Origin: Erysipelothrix inopinata
GTDB lineage: Bacteria; Bacillota_I; Bacilli_A; Erysipelotrichales; Erysipelotrichaceae
Direction: 5' to 3'
DNA length: 32,000 nucleotides
Assembly: GCF_014396165.1 (NCBI RefSeq)
Contig: NZ_CP060715.1
Coordinates: forward strand, 930,001 to 962,000
This document shows positions 1 to 8,690 of this stretch, in pieces. Within the stretch, counting starts at the first letter, position 1. Each line of letters opens with the position of its first letter. Made by a program: the position numbers and the translations under genes. The notes beneath the pieces were generated by a model. That model had not been told where the DNA came from. It saw nothing but the letters and a program-made list of their open reading frames with translations, and did no database searches.

Positions 1-68
1 CAAGTTTAAAGAGAATCGAATCAATCTCTTTAACATCACCACAGAACGTTCAATTATTGAAGGAGTTG

Positions 69-1736
69 ATGAGTGTGAATAAGACTAAAGATAAATCAAG
101 ATTTACGATATGGCATGGATTAACACTTGCGATATTCATACTCTTTGTTGTATTTATCGGATATCCACTATTTTTAGTACTGTATAAATCAGTTGTTGTG
201 AATGATTCCATAGGGCTATCAAACTTTGTGAAATTCTTTGAACGGAAATTCTATTGGTCAACGCTGGTTAATAGCTTTAAAGTTACAATTGTTGCAACAC
301 TAATTTCAGTAGCAATTGGACTTCCACTTGCATATGCCACGCGTAATGTGAAAATAAAATTCAGTGGTGCGGTTGATTTACTCTGTATTGTTGCATACCT
401 ATCACCACCATTTATTGGTGCATACGCATGGATCCAACTACTTGGTAGAAATGGATTTATTACAAAAATAATTAACAGTCTATTTGGAATTCAATATAAC
501 GGAATCTATGGTTTTGCTGGAATCGTATTGGTCTTCGCTATGCAATCATTCCCTCTCGTATATCTCTATGTATCAGGGGCAATGAAAAATATGGACCATT
601 CTCTCAACGAGGCAGCTGAAAGTTTGGGGTCCAGTACTTGGAAACGAGTTCGCACAATTATCGTTCCCTTACTGGTACCGAGTATTTTGGCAAGTTCTCT
701 CTTAGTGTTTATGCGCGTATTCTCGGATTTCGGGACGCCAATGTTGATTGGTGAAGGATACAAAACGATGCCCGTCTTAGTTTATACTCAATTTATGAGT
801 GAACTGGGTGGGGATGCCAGCTTTGCTGCAGCCCTTTGTGTTATCGTGATTGGAATCATCATCAGTCTCTTCTTCATTCAAAAATACTTTGCGAAAAAGT
901 TCAATTATTCAATGACAGCTCTCAAACCAATCCAACCACGTCAGTTAACGGGTGCGAAGAATATTTTGGTTCATGCACTTGTTTACTTCACCGTCTTTGT
1001 AGCTTCATTGCCGCAACTGGTTGTAATTTATACATCATTCTTAAAAAGTAATGGTGGACAAGTCTTTACGAAAGGCTTCTCACTCGACAGTTATCGTAAT
1101 ATCTTTGCGAATGGTGAAGGATTTGTAATTGGAAATACATACTTCATCGGTATTATTGCCATACTTATCATTGTTGTTCTCGGGGTTTTGATATCTTATA
1201 TGAGCGAGAGAAAACCGAATGCGTTAACGGGATCTTTAGACACGTTATCGATGCTTCCATACATTATTCCTGGATCTGTATTAGGGATTTCGTTCTTATT
1301 TGCATTTAATGATTATCCATTGCTGCTATCGGGGACCTTCTTGATTTTAGTAATATCTTTCGTAGTTCGAAGACTTGCTTATACAATTCGGTCAAGTACA
1401 GCCATTATTGGTCAAATTAGTCCAAGTATGGAAGAAGCAGCCGTATCTTTAGGTTCATCAGAAATGAAGTCATTTAGAGACGTTATGCTACCGATGATGA
1501 TGCCAGGAGTAATATCCGGTGCATTGATGAGCTGGATTACGGTAATTAGTGAATTGAGTAGCTCAATTATTCTTTATACCAGCAAGACGAAGACACTTAC
1601 CGTCGCAATCTATACCGAAGTTATTCGTGGTAACTATGGAAATGCCGCAGCATTTTCAACGATATTGACATTAACTTCAATCATTTCACTCCTACTCTTC
1701 TTTAAAATAAGTGGTAAGAAAGAAATCAGTTTATAA
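69..1736 (+). CDS. ABC transporter permease, fused double-domain (Fe3+/thiamine/polyamine-type, FbpB/ThiP-like)
   Basis: Track ORF 57..1736. About 12 hydrophobic segments and two EAA-type permease loops (NEAAESLGSSTWKRVRTIIVPLL and MEEAAVSLGSSEMKSFRDVMLPMM). GGAG at 62-65 favours ATG 69 or GTG 75 over TTG 57. The partner ATPase and binding-protein genes would lie upstream of the window. Confidence 0.8.
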   Translation: MSVNKTKDKSRFTIWHGLTLAIFILFVVFIGYPLFLVLYKSVVVNDSIGLSNFVKFFERKFYWSTLVNSFKVTIVATLISVAIGLPLAYATRNVKIKFSGAVDLLCIVAYLSPPFIGAYAWIQLLGRNGFITKIINSLFGIQYNGIYGFAGIVLVFAMQSFPLVYLYVSGAMKNMDHSLNEAAESLGSSTWKRVRTIIVPLLVPSILASSLLVFMRVFSDFGTPMLIGEGYKTMPVLVYTQFMSELGGDASFAAALCVIVIGIIISLFFIQKYFAKKFNYSMTALKPIQPRQLTGAKNILVHALVYFTVFVASLPQLVVIYTSFLKSNGGQVFTKGFSLDSYRNIFANGEGFVIGNTYFIGIIAILIIVVLGVLISYMSERKPNALTGSLDTLSMLPYIIPGSVLGISFLFAFNDYPLLLSGTFLILVISFVVRRLAYTIRSSTAIIGQISPSMEEAAVSLGSSEMKSFRDVMLPMMMPGVISGALMSWITVISELSSSIILYTSKTKTLTVAIYTEVIRGNYGNAAAFSTILTLTSIISLLLFFKISGKKEISL

Positions 1737-1744
1737 TTTGAAAG

Positions 1745-1766
1745 AGCTAATTTAATTAGCTTTTTC
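1745..1766 (+). terminator. Intrinsic terminator after the ABC permease
   Basis: Stem AGCTAAT/ATTAGCT (7 bp, 3-nt loop) followed by a T-run, 9 nt after the stop codon. Confidence 0.6.
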
Positions 1767-1770
1767 TGCG

Positions 1771-1796
1771 TTGATAATAAGGTGCTGTGGTATGAT
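1771..1796 (+). promoter_or_regulatory. Candidate promoter of the two-component operon (extended -10)
   Basis: TGgTATGAT at 1788-1796. TTGATA at 1771-1776 gives only a 14-nt spacer, so the call rests on the extended -10. Confidence 0.25.
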
Positions 1797-1819
1797 TGTG
1801 CCGAGAAGGGGACTAACTT

Positions 1820-3460
1820 ATGAAGCGAAAATTTAGCGACTATATTCGAAAACAATTTCAAGTATATTTGATACTCGTACTTTTGACCATTGCAATTGTT
1901 TTTAGTGCAGTCACTTTTAGCCTCTTTAGTTTGTATATCAAAAATGAGTTAAAACGAGACAATCAGCATATTACCGATACGATTCACCAAGATTTTTCGG
2001 AACTCTTCTATAAATTGGATACGTTGGAAGATAAAGTAGCGCAAGAAGAGATTGCGGAAAATATCTTATATCGTGAATTGTACAATATGAGAAGTCAATC
2101 AACCATCAAGTATAATTTCACGATATTAGATGGTGACTTAAATATCGTGGTGAGTAATCTCTACCTCTATAATCAAGAACAACTGTTGAAAAGTTCGAAT
2201 CTTAGTGAGTCACTGAGATATATGAAACTTCAAGATAAATCAGTCATCGTTGATGAAGCTAAAACTTCTTATTTAGAACAACAGAAAGCATCGATGTTTA
2301 TTCTGACACGATTTGCAGATGGGTATATTGCAATTGAGCCGCTCGTAGAATCTTTGACTGAGATTACGAATCAATACTCGTCCTTTACCATCCTTTCGGA
2401 TCAATATAGTAATATTCTATTTGAAGACACTACCCGTTATCGTGATGAGATTGGAAAAGTCTCGGTGGATAAGAAACAGAATATGACAGTCAAATCTCAA
2501 TTCTATATTTATGATACACCTGTATTCTTGACAAGTATTCGCGAAACGACACTTAATCAAAATGTCTTTGTTATCGGGTTAGGATTGATACTAACAATTC
2601 TTATAGTATTGATAATTTGCGTTCGACCCCTAATTAATCGGATTACTAAGTCTTATGCTTCGCCACTTGATGAGCTGATGAATGCCATTGAGCAAAATAA
2701 ATCTGGAAGCACAACCTATCTCATTAAGGAACAAAGCTTTGAAGAATTTGAAACACTTTATGAAGAATTTAATGAACTAACGTTAAGTGTAAGAGATTTG
2801 ATTGCGAAGAATCAAGAACTTGCTGAAAGAAAGCGTTGGATGGAAATTAAACATCTTCAAGATCAATTTAATCCTCATTTCTTATACAATACTTTGGAAT
2901 CTATTCGTTATGAGATTATTTTTGACCCCGATAATGCTTCAAAAATGATTATGGCTCTCGCACGTTTAATGCGTTATATATTAAACTATGGGCGAGATAC
3001 AGTGACTGTTACCGAGGATTTAGGATATATTGAAGATTATCTCGAACTTCAAAAAATGCGCTTTAAAGAAAGGCTCAACTTTAAGATTGAAATTCAAGAT
3101 GAAATCCTCACACAACAAATCCCCAAGTTGATACTTCAACCTATTGTAGAGAATAGTATTAAATATAATATGGAACATGTCGAAGTATTGAACATTGCAA
3201 TTCTAGGCAGAATTGTCGAGAATTATATTCAATTTGATGTTGTGGATGATGGTATTGGAATCAACCAAGATCAGTTGGACGAAATTAATGATAACTTGCA
3301 AAATAATCAGAAAGCACGTGATAATTTAGGACTCTACAATGTCCATAAATCAATTCAACTTCTATACGGAAAAGAATATGGTGTATTTATACAGAATATT
3401 GGAAAAGGATTGCATGTAATGATTCGAATTCCATATAAAGGGGAGGTCAATCATGATTAA
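1820..3460 (+). CDS. Sensor histidine kinase, YesM/LytS-type (PF06580-like His_kinase + HATPase_c)
   Basis: Two TM segments flank an extracytoplasmic domain of about 215 aa. Carries the motif FNPHFLYNTLESI and the ATPase boxes DDGIGI and GLYNV..LYG. Overlaps the downstream regulator by 8 nt. Confidence 0.85.
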   Translation: MKRKFSDYIRKQFQVYLILVLLTIAIVFSAVTFSLFSLYIKNELKRDNQHITDTIHQDFSELFYKLDTLEDKVAQEEIAENILYRELYNMRSQSTIKYNFTILDGDLNIVVSNLYLYNQEQLLKSSNLSESLRYMKLQDKSVIVDEAKTSYLEQQKASMFILTRFADGYIAIEPLVESLTEITNQYSSFTILSDQYSNILFEDTTRYRDEIGKVSVDKKQNMTVKSQFYIYDTPVFLTSIRETTLNQNVFVIGLGLILTILIVLIICVRPLINRITKSYASPLDELMNAIEQNKSGSTTYLIKEQSFEEFETLYEEFNELTLSVRDLIAKNQELAERKRWMEIKHLQDQFNPHFLYNTLESIRYEIIFDPDNASKMIMALARLMRYILNYGRDTVTVTEDLGYIEDYLELQKMRFKERLNFKIEIQDEILTQQIPKLILQPIVENSIKYNMEHVEVLNIAILGRIVENYIQFDVVDDGIGINQDQLDEINDNLQNNQKARDNLGLYNVHKSIQLLYGKEYGVFIQNIGKGLHVMIRIPYKGEVNHD

Positions 3461-4172
3461 AGTACTCTTGGTTGAAGATGAAGAGAATATTCGAAAAGGA
3501 ATCGGATATATGCTCGATTGGAAAAAGCTCAACATTGTTTTAGTTGCTCAAGCGTGGAATGGAAAACAGGGACTTGAATACATTGAAGAGTTCAAACCAG
3601 ATCTCGTGATTACTGACGTAAGAATGCCATTTGTTGATGGCCTCGAAATGATTCGTGAAGGTAAAAAAATTCATGACTTCGAGTCGATAATTATTTCTGG
3701 CTTTAGTGAATTCGACTATGCGAAAGAAGCACTTGTTTTAGGAGTGAGTGAGTATATTCTTAAACCTATTGACTATGAGGAACTTTCAGAAGCTATCATG
3801 AGAATTAAACCTAAAATAAAGGCCAAGAATCCACAAACAAGTTCTGACCCGGCAATTCGTTGTCAGTCTCAGAAAATGAAACGAATTATTAAGTATATTG
3901 ATGATAACTTAAGTCAGAAATTAACCCTAAGTGATCTCTGTGATATTTTTGAAATTTCGAGTACATCGATGAATGATTTATTCAAACAAGAAGTGAATAC
4001 CACTGTGAATGATTTTGTAAATCAAAAAAAGATTAACAAGGCAATCCAACTCATTAGAGAAGAGGATTATAAAATATATGAAATTGCTGAAATGTTGGGG
4101 TACAGTGACTATAAATATTTTAACTATGTCTTTAAAAAATATACAGACGTAACTCCCTCTAAATTCAAATAA
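3453..4172 (+). CDS. Response regulator with AraC-type HTH output (YesN-like)
   Basis: N-terminal receiver (VLLVEDEE, DLVITDVRMP) and C-terminal AraC HTH (IYEIAEMLGYSDYKYFNYVFKKYTDVTPSKF). GGGAGG lies 6 nt upstream of ATG 3453. Confidence 0.85.
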   Translation: MIKVLLVEDEENIRKGIGYMLDWKKLNIVLVAQAWNGKQGLEYIEEFKPDLVITDVRMPFVDGLEMIREGKKIHDFESIIISGFSEFDYAKEALVLGVSEYILKPIDYEELSEAIMRIKPKIKAKNPQTSSDPAIRCQSQKMKRIIKYIDDNLSQKLTLSDLCDIFEISSTSMNDLFKQEVNTTVNDFVNQKKINKAIQLIREEDYKIYEIAEMLGYSDYKYFNYVFKKYTDVTPSKFK

Positions 4173-4221
4173 AGCTTAAATTGGAATCTGTAATGGAGTG
4201 TGATAGAATGGTAAAGGATAC

Positions 4222-4297
4222 GCACCCATGGCGCAACGGATAGCGCGTTTGATTCCGGTTCAAAAGGCTGCAGGTTCGATTCCTGTTGGGTGTACCA
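4222..4297 (+). tRNA. tRNA-Arg (anticodon CCG), CCA encoded
   Basis: Hand-folded cloverleaf. Acceptor GCACCCA/TGGGTGT (G1-U72 wobble). D-stem GCGC/GCGC with loop AACGGATA. Anticodon stem TTTGA/TCAAA with loop TTCCGGT (anticodon CCG). Variable loop AGGCT. T-arm GCAGG-TTCGATT-CCTGT. Discriminator A, then CCA. Confidence 0.85.
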
Positions 4298-4307
4298 TAT
4301 TGAAAAT

Positions 4308-4331
4308 AACCTACTTTCGAGTAGGTTTTCT
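4308..4331 (+). terminator. Intrinsic terminator after the tRNA
   Basis: Stem ACCTACT/AGTAGGT with loop TTCG, followed by TTTTC. Confidence 0.7.
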
Positions 4332-4572
4332 TATGGAAAAATGTCGAATGAGAAGATATCGAGAAGAAATGAATGTAAAGAGACTGTGTGACGTAAATTC
4401 TTAGTAATTAGATTGGGCCTTCTGGAAGTATGGGGTTCACAGGAGTGATTTATTTTATATCGTTAAGTTATTGTGATATGCTCGTGAAAAAATGATGACT
4501 AAATTATGAGACACACTCCTTGGAACTTTTTTGTAACAACTAGAGTGATATACTGTTGCTAGAGGTGAAAAT

Positions 4573-5679
4573 ATGAAAAAGAAATTTAGTTTATATTTAT
4601 TAGCACTAATACTAATGGTAACGCCCGTTGCGCTCAATGTAGCCGCTGATAATGATCCATTTGAAGGGCAAATTGTATTAAATCAAAGCGTCGTAAAATT
4701 AGAGTATGAAGACGGCGAAGTAATTGGAAAACTAGAGGTAAACTTACCTTTAGATGAATTTGGTCCTTGGCAAAGATTGATGTCAGAAACTGAAAATAGC
4801 ACTTGGACTGCGCATGATGACAACCTTCTTACTGATTTGATGAATGGCGGAAATGTATTTAGAGAAACACCATATACCTATTATGGGTATTACATATTGT
4901 ATAAGGATGGAACTAAAGAAATCGGATATGAAAGAACACTAACTTACGAAATGTTACATCAAAAAGAGATTGATAACAACAAGCGTATCGATGTGGTTGA
5001 AGCCTACTTTGGTGAAACTTCTCAAATGATACTAAACTATCAATTAAAAGACATTGATGGTAGTACATCTTTAATTCGCTCAGATGTGACTTACGGAAAA
5101 TATGATTTGAAGTACTTAGACGAAATTAATGTAAAAGGTGAAACACAGCCAATCGCCCAAGACTTAATATCAAAATATATTTTAGTGGATTCAAGCACAC
5201 CAATGAGTTATGCATATACTAAAGAAAACAGTGCTTTTGATGTGAACTTAAGACTTCCAATTTATACAATCCAATTTCAAGATGAAGAAGGAAATAGCTT
5301 AAGAGCAAATGAGACTATTCAAGCAACTTTAGATAAAGCATTTGAATACGTTGCTCCTGGAATAGAGGGATATGAAATAAAAGGTATGAATAAAATTTCA
5401 AGCCCCTATACAAATGAAGATAAGGAGTTTACGCTTGTTTACAGTAAAAAAGTGACTGACTCTGTTGGTCCTGAAGATCCAGTTGACCCAGTAGACCCTG
5501 TAAAACCTGTCGAACCCTCGAAGCCGACCAATCCGGTTAAGCCAACGAAAAAGGTTAAATCTAACGAAACATTACCGGGTACGGGGATTGGGAATTCAGA
5601 CAATCTTGCTGCCGCAACATTTATTATCACAGGAATCACTTTCTTAGGCGTATCAGTATTAAAGAAAAAAGAATTATAA
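4573..5679 (+). CDS. LPXTG-anchored surface protein with a C-terminal MucBP-like domain
   Basis: Signal peptide MKKKFSLYLLALILMVTPVALNVAA. Pro-rich wall spacer PVDPVDPVKPVEPSKPTNPVKP. LPGTG motif followed by a hydrophobic helix and a KKKEL tail. AGAGGTGA SD upstream of the ATG. Confidence 0.8.
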   Translation: MKKKFSLYLLALILMVTPVALNVAADNDPFEGQIVLNQSVVKLEYEDGEVIGKLEVNLPLDEFGPWQRLMSETENSTWTAHDDNLLTDLMNGGNVFRETPYTYYGYYILYKDGTKEIGYERTLTYEMLHQKEIDNNKRIDVVEAYFGETSQMILNYQLKDIDGSTSLIRSDVTYGKYDLKYLDEINVKGETQPIAQDLISKYILVDSSTPMSYAYTKENSAFDVNLRLPIYTIQFQDEEGNSLRANETIQATLDKAFEYVAPGIEGYEIKGMNKISSPYTNEDKEFTLVYSKKVTDSVGPEDPVDPVDPVKPVEPSKPTNPVKPTKKVKSNETLPGTGIGNSDNLAAATFIITGITFLGVSVLKKKEL

Positions 5680-5865
5680 TTTGTACTAAAAAATTGGTAT
5701 CATATCAATCTCTATAAAAAATAAACATCCAGAGTGACACTTACTTTAAAAAAGTATTAATTTTGTAGAAGTAATACTAAACCACAGTCTGAAATAATAG
5801 GTGCGTTTAGGAAACGATAGATAATTTACTTTGTTAGTAGTAAAAAAATGTTGCACACACTCAAG

Positions 5866-5903
5866 CTCCGTATGAGATTCAAATAATCTTGTGCGGAGTT
5901 TTG
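5866..5903 (+). terminator. Long imperfect hairpin plus T-run (possible distal terminator of the surface-protein gene)
   Basis: CTCCGTATGAGATT pairs with AATCTTGTGCGGAG (several G-U pairs), followed by TTTTG. It lies 187 nt after the stop at 5679. Confidence 0.45.
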
Positions 5904-6104
5904 TAATGTAATAATATTCTGAACATACAATTATAATGATCTAGTACCATGCCTATATTCGATAACTAAATGGTCTAGTTATCGAGTATAAATAAAAATA
6001 TGATTATTTGCCATGAATCTTAATGTATCAAAGTAAACATGATTAGATTCAGATAATAGAGGTAACTTTAGTATCCATAAAATACAAGTGTTATATAATT
6101 ATTG

Positions 6105-6133
6105 TTGAGCTCTGTTAACAAATTCGTTACAAT
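6105..6133 (+). promoter_or_regulatory. Candidate sigma-A promoter of the RpiR gene
   Basis: TTGAGC, a 17-nt spacer, then TACAAT, about 80 nt upstream of ATG 6212. Confidence 0.3.
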
Positions 6134-6211
6134 ATCAATGATATGTAAGGGTTTTCTTTAAACGGGAATACACTATGACTTTACATTCTGGGGGATGAAA
6201 AGAGGAAAACT

Positions 6212-6961
6212 ATGAATCGATTAACACATCATTTTGACTTGCTAACTGAAGCTGAAAAGCGCGTTTGCAATTATATAGTTCACAATTTTGATACCGTTAG
6301 CAAAATGAGTATCAATGATTTAGCTGATAAATCATATACTTCAAAGACTGTTGTAATAAACATGTCTCAAAAATTAGGTTTTGAAGGTTATACAGATTTG
6401 CGCTATTACTTAAAGGATATGGAATCGGAAGTATTGTCTGTAGAAACAACAGAAGTTATAAAAGATAATATCCTCAAAAATGCATCGATGACTGGAAATA
6501 TCTTAAATTACGAAAAATTAAAAAGCGCTTCGGTTAAAATATTAGAAGCAAAAACAGTTTATATTGCAGCTCGCGGCACATCAAAATCTATTGCGAATCA
6601 CCTAGCACATCTCCTTCTTACAATGGGAGTCAAATGCATGCTTATTGATGATTATAATTTATTGTCTATTATTGCTAACCAGGTCGACCCTAGAGAATTA
6701 TTCATATTGATTTCGTTATCAGGCGAAACTCGAAAAATTGTTGATGCGGCGAAAATTGTTAAAGCACGTCAAGGTGAAATAATTTCGCTGACCGCATTCA
6801 CACATAACTCGCTTGCACGATTATCTGACTTAAGTCTCTTTGCAGCTACTGAATCAGTAGAGACCGCAACGAATGATGATATATCTCGAATCGGTTTTTT
6901 TGTAATTTGTGAGATGCTGGCACATCAAGTAAAATTTGAGATTCAAGAAAGAAAAAAATGA
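6212..6961 (+). CDS. RpiR/MurR-family transcriptional regulator (HTH_6 + SIS domain), GlvR-like
   Basis: N-terminal HTH (MSINDLADKSYTSKTVVINMSQKLGFEGYTDLRYYL). SIS-type core (VYIAARGTSKSIANHLAHLL, ILISLSGETR). AAGAGGA SD. Confidence 0.85.
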   Translation: MNRLTHHFDLLTEAEKRVCNYIVHNFDTVSKMSINDLADKSYTSKTVVINMSQKLGFEGYTDLRYYLKDMESEVLSVETTEVIKDNILKNASMTGNILNYEKLKSASVKILEAKTVYIAARGTSKSIANHLAHLLLTMGVKCMLIDDYNLLSIIANQVDPRELFILISLSGETRKIVDAAKIVKARQGEIISLTAFTHNSLARLSDLSLFAATESVETATNDDISRIGFFVICEMLAHQVKFEIQERKK

Positions 6962-6992
6962 CCTAAGTCACATTGAGTGACCTAGGTTTTTT
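6962..6992 (+). terminator. Terminator hairpin that doubles as an inverted-repeat operator candidate
   Basis: CCTAAGTCAC-ATTGA-GTGACCTAGG (10-bp stem, one mismatch) followed by TTTTTTCTT. It begins 1 nt after the RpiR stop. Confidence 0.6.
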
Positions 6993-7092
6993 CTTAGGTA
7001 AGGATAATTCTCTTTTAAGTATCATTTAAATACCAATCCCTCTATGATGAATTTATAAGGCAGTATTGATTGCTATAGATAGAGGAGAAAGC

Positions 7093-8415
7093 ATGAGAAA
7101 AGAACAAAATATCACCATTGTCGGTGCGGGAAGTTCGAGAACACCTGCACTCGTCGGATCGATTGTGGACTATAAAGATCGATTTAAAATTAAAAAGATT
7201 GTATTTTTTGACATACACACAAAAAGAACGTCAAAAATGGAGACATATATTCGTTTGGTATTGAAACAGGAAATTCCAAACGCAACTGTAATCTTCACCA
7301 CTGATAAAACGGTCGCATATGAAGATGCGGATGCTGTTTTAGTACAAATGAGAGCGGGAAACACGGAAATGAGAAGCCTTGATGAGAAAATCCCACTAAA
7401 ACATGGACTTGTTGGTCAAGAAACATGTGGTCCTGGAGGATTTGCTTATGGTATGAGATCAATTGGCGCAATGATAGAAATGGTCAATGATATTCGGGCA
7501 GTTAACAAAGATGCATGGATCTTAAATTATACTAATCCTGCAGCAATCGTTGCATTAGCACTTGATAAAGTATTCCCAGATGACAAGCGCATCTTGAACT
7601 TGTGTGATCAACCATACTCTATGATGCGTTCCTACGCAAAAATATTAGATAAACCGCAACATGATTTAAAGTGTACTTATTTTGGTCTAAATCATTTTGG
7701 ATGGTTTACCGAAATTGAAGATTACCAAGGTAACAGTTATTATAACCAAGTTAAAGAATACTTAACAGGTCATGAATTTAAACCTTATAACGCAGAACAA
7801 AGATCTGCATCCTGGTTAGAAACATATAAAAGAGTCAATAAATATTTATCCTTCTTTCCAGAGTATCTTCCAAATACCTATCTACAGTACTACTTCTTTC
7901 CAGAGGAGATTGTAGAGGAGAGTGATCCAAACTATACACGTGCTGATGAAGCAAGAGATAGCCGAGAAAAAGAGGTATTTGAACTCTGTGCTAGTGCGGA
8001 AGGCCGTGATGATTTAGGAAATCTGGAAATTTTAAAAGGTTCAGTGTTTGGAAATCTCATGATTGAAGTTGCTGAATCGATCCTTTATGATTTAAACAAT
8101 GAATTTGTAATCATGGTAAGAAATAATAACCTTATTCCTAACTTTCCTGCAGAAGCAATTGTAGAACTAAGTGGACAATTGGGGTTAGATGGTGCAAAGG
8201 CATATCCTTACGGAGCTATTAAACCATTTTATAAGGGATTGATGGAGGGGCAATATGCATATGAGTTGCTAACAGTAGAAGCTTTCTTAGAGAAAGATTA
8301 TACAAAAGCTCTGGAGGCATTAACAATCAATAGAACCATAGTCGATCCCCAAAAAGCAAAAGCAGTACTTGATGATCTGATGGAAGCAAATAAAAATTAT
8401 TGGACACTAACTTAG
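7093..8415 (+). CDS. Glycoside hydrolase family 4, 6-phospho-alpha-glucosidase-like (GlvA/MalH/AglB group)
   Basis: NAD-binding ITIVGAGSSRTP. GQETCGPGGFAYGMRSIG is nearly identical to my recollection of B. subtilis GlvA. Metal and catalytic motifs NLCDQP and GLNHFGWF are present. AGAGGAG SD precedes ATG 7093, and the track start 7066 has no SD. Confidence 0.85.
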   Translation: MRKEQNITIVGAGSSRTPALVGSIVDYKDRFKIKKIVFFDIHTKRTSKMETYIRLVLKQEIPNATVIFTTDKTVAYEDADAVLVQMRAGNTEMRSLDEKIPLKHGLVGQETCGPGGFAYGMRSIGAMIEMVNDIRAVNKDAWILNYTNPAAIVALALDKVFPDDKRILNLCDQPYSMMRSYAKILDKPQHDLKCTYFGLNHFGWFTEIEDYQGNSYYNQVKEYLTGHEFKPYNAEQRSASWLETYKRVNKYLSFFPEYLPNTYLQYYFFPEEIVEESDPNYTRADEARDSREKEVFELCASAEGRDDLGNLEILKGSVFGNLMIEVAESILYDLNNEFVIMVRNNNLIPNFPAEAIVELSGQLGLDGAKAYPYGAIKPFYKGLMEGQYAYELLTVEAFLEKDYTKALEALTINRTIVDPQKAKAVLDDLMEANKNYWTLT

Positions 8416-8468
8416 AAAGTTGAATTAGTCGAAAAACACGATTGTCTAAAGAATAATTAAATATATTC

Positions 8469-8510
8469 AAGAGATTTATTTACATGAATTAAATAAATCT
8501 CTTTTTTATT
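8469..8510 (+). terminator. Strong intrinsic terminator after the GH4 gene
   Basis: Perfect 14-bp stem AAGAGATTTATTTA/TAAATAAATCTCTT with a 7-nt loop, then TTTTTTATTTT. Confidence 0.8.
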
Positions 8511-8581
8511 TTCCAAGGAAAACTTAGACAAAATAGTTGATTATTGAGCTGAAAAATTGAAAAAAAACAGAAATTTTAGTT

Positions 8582-8609
8582 ACCTAGGTAAGATGTAGTG
8601 ACCTAAGTC
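8582..8609 (+). promoter_or_regulatory. Operator-like motif pair shared with the 6961-7006 region
   Basis: ACCTAGGTAAGAT-GTA-GTGACCTAAGTC. The same two words (GTGACCTAGGT/ACCTAAGTCAC and TTAGGTAAGGAT) occur between the RpiR and GH4 genes. Confidence 0.3.
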
Positions 8610-8642
8610 CTTTAAGGTGTAAACGAATGATAAGTCAAGAGT

Positions 8643-8656
8643 TGTAAACGCTTACC
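8643..8656 (+). promoter_or_regulatory. cre (CcpA catabolite-responsive element) candidate
   Basis: TGTAAACGCTTACC matches TGWAANCGNTNWCA at 13 of 14 positions, 35 nt upstream of the EIICB start. A weaker TGTAAACGAATGAT lies at 8618-8631. Confidence 0.55.
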
Positions 8657-8690
8657 GCCGATGTTAAATTAAATGCACAGGAGGAGAATT

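Noticed and set aside
4298-6211. Genomic island integrated at the tRNA-Arg 3' end.
   Set aside because: I could see no integrase or recombinase gene, no direct repeat of the tRNA 3' end and no obvious compositional shift. Only a computational repeat search and comparative genomics could revive the idea.
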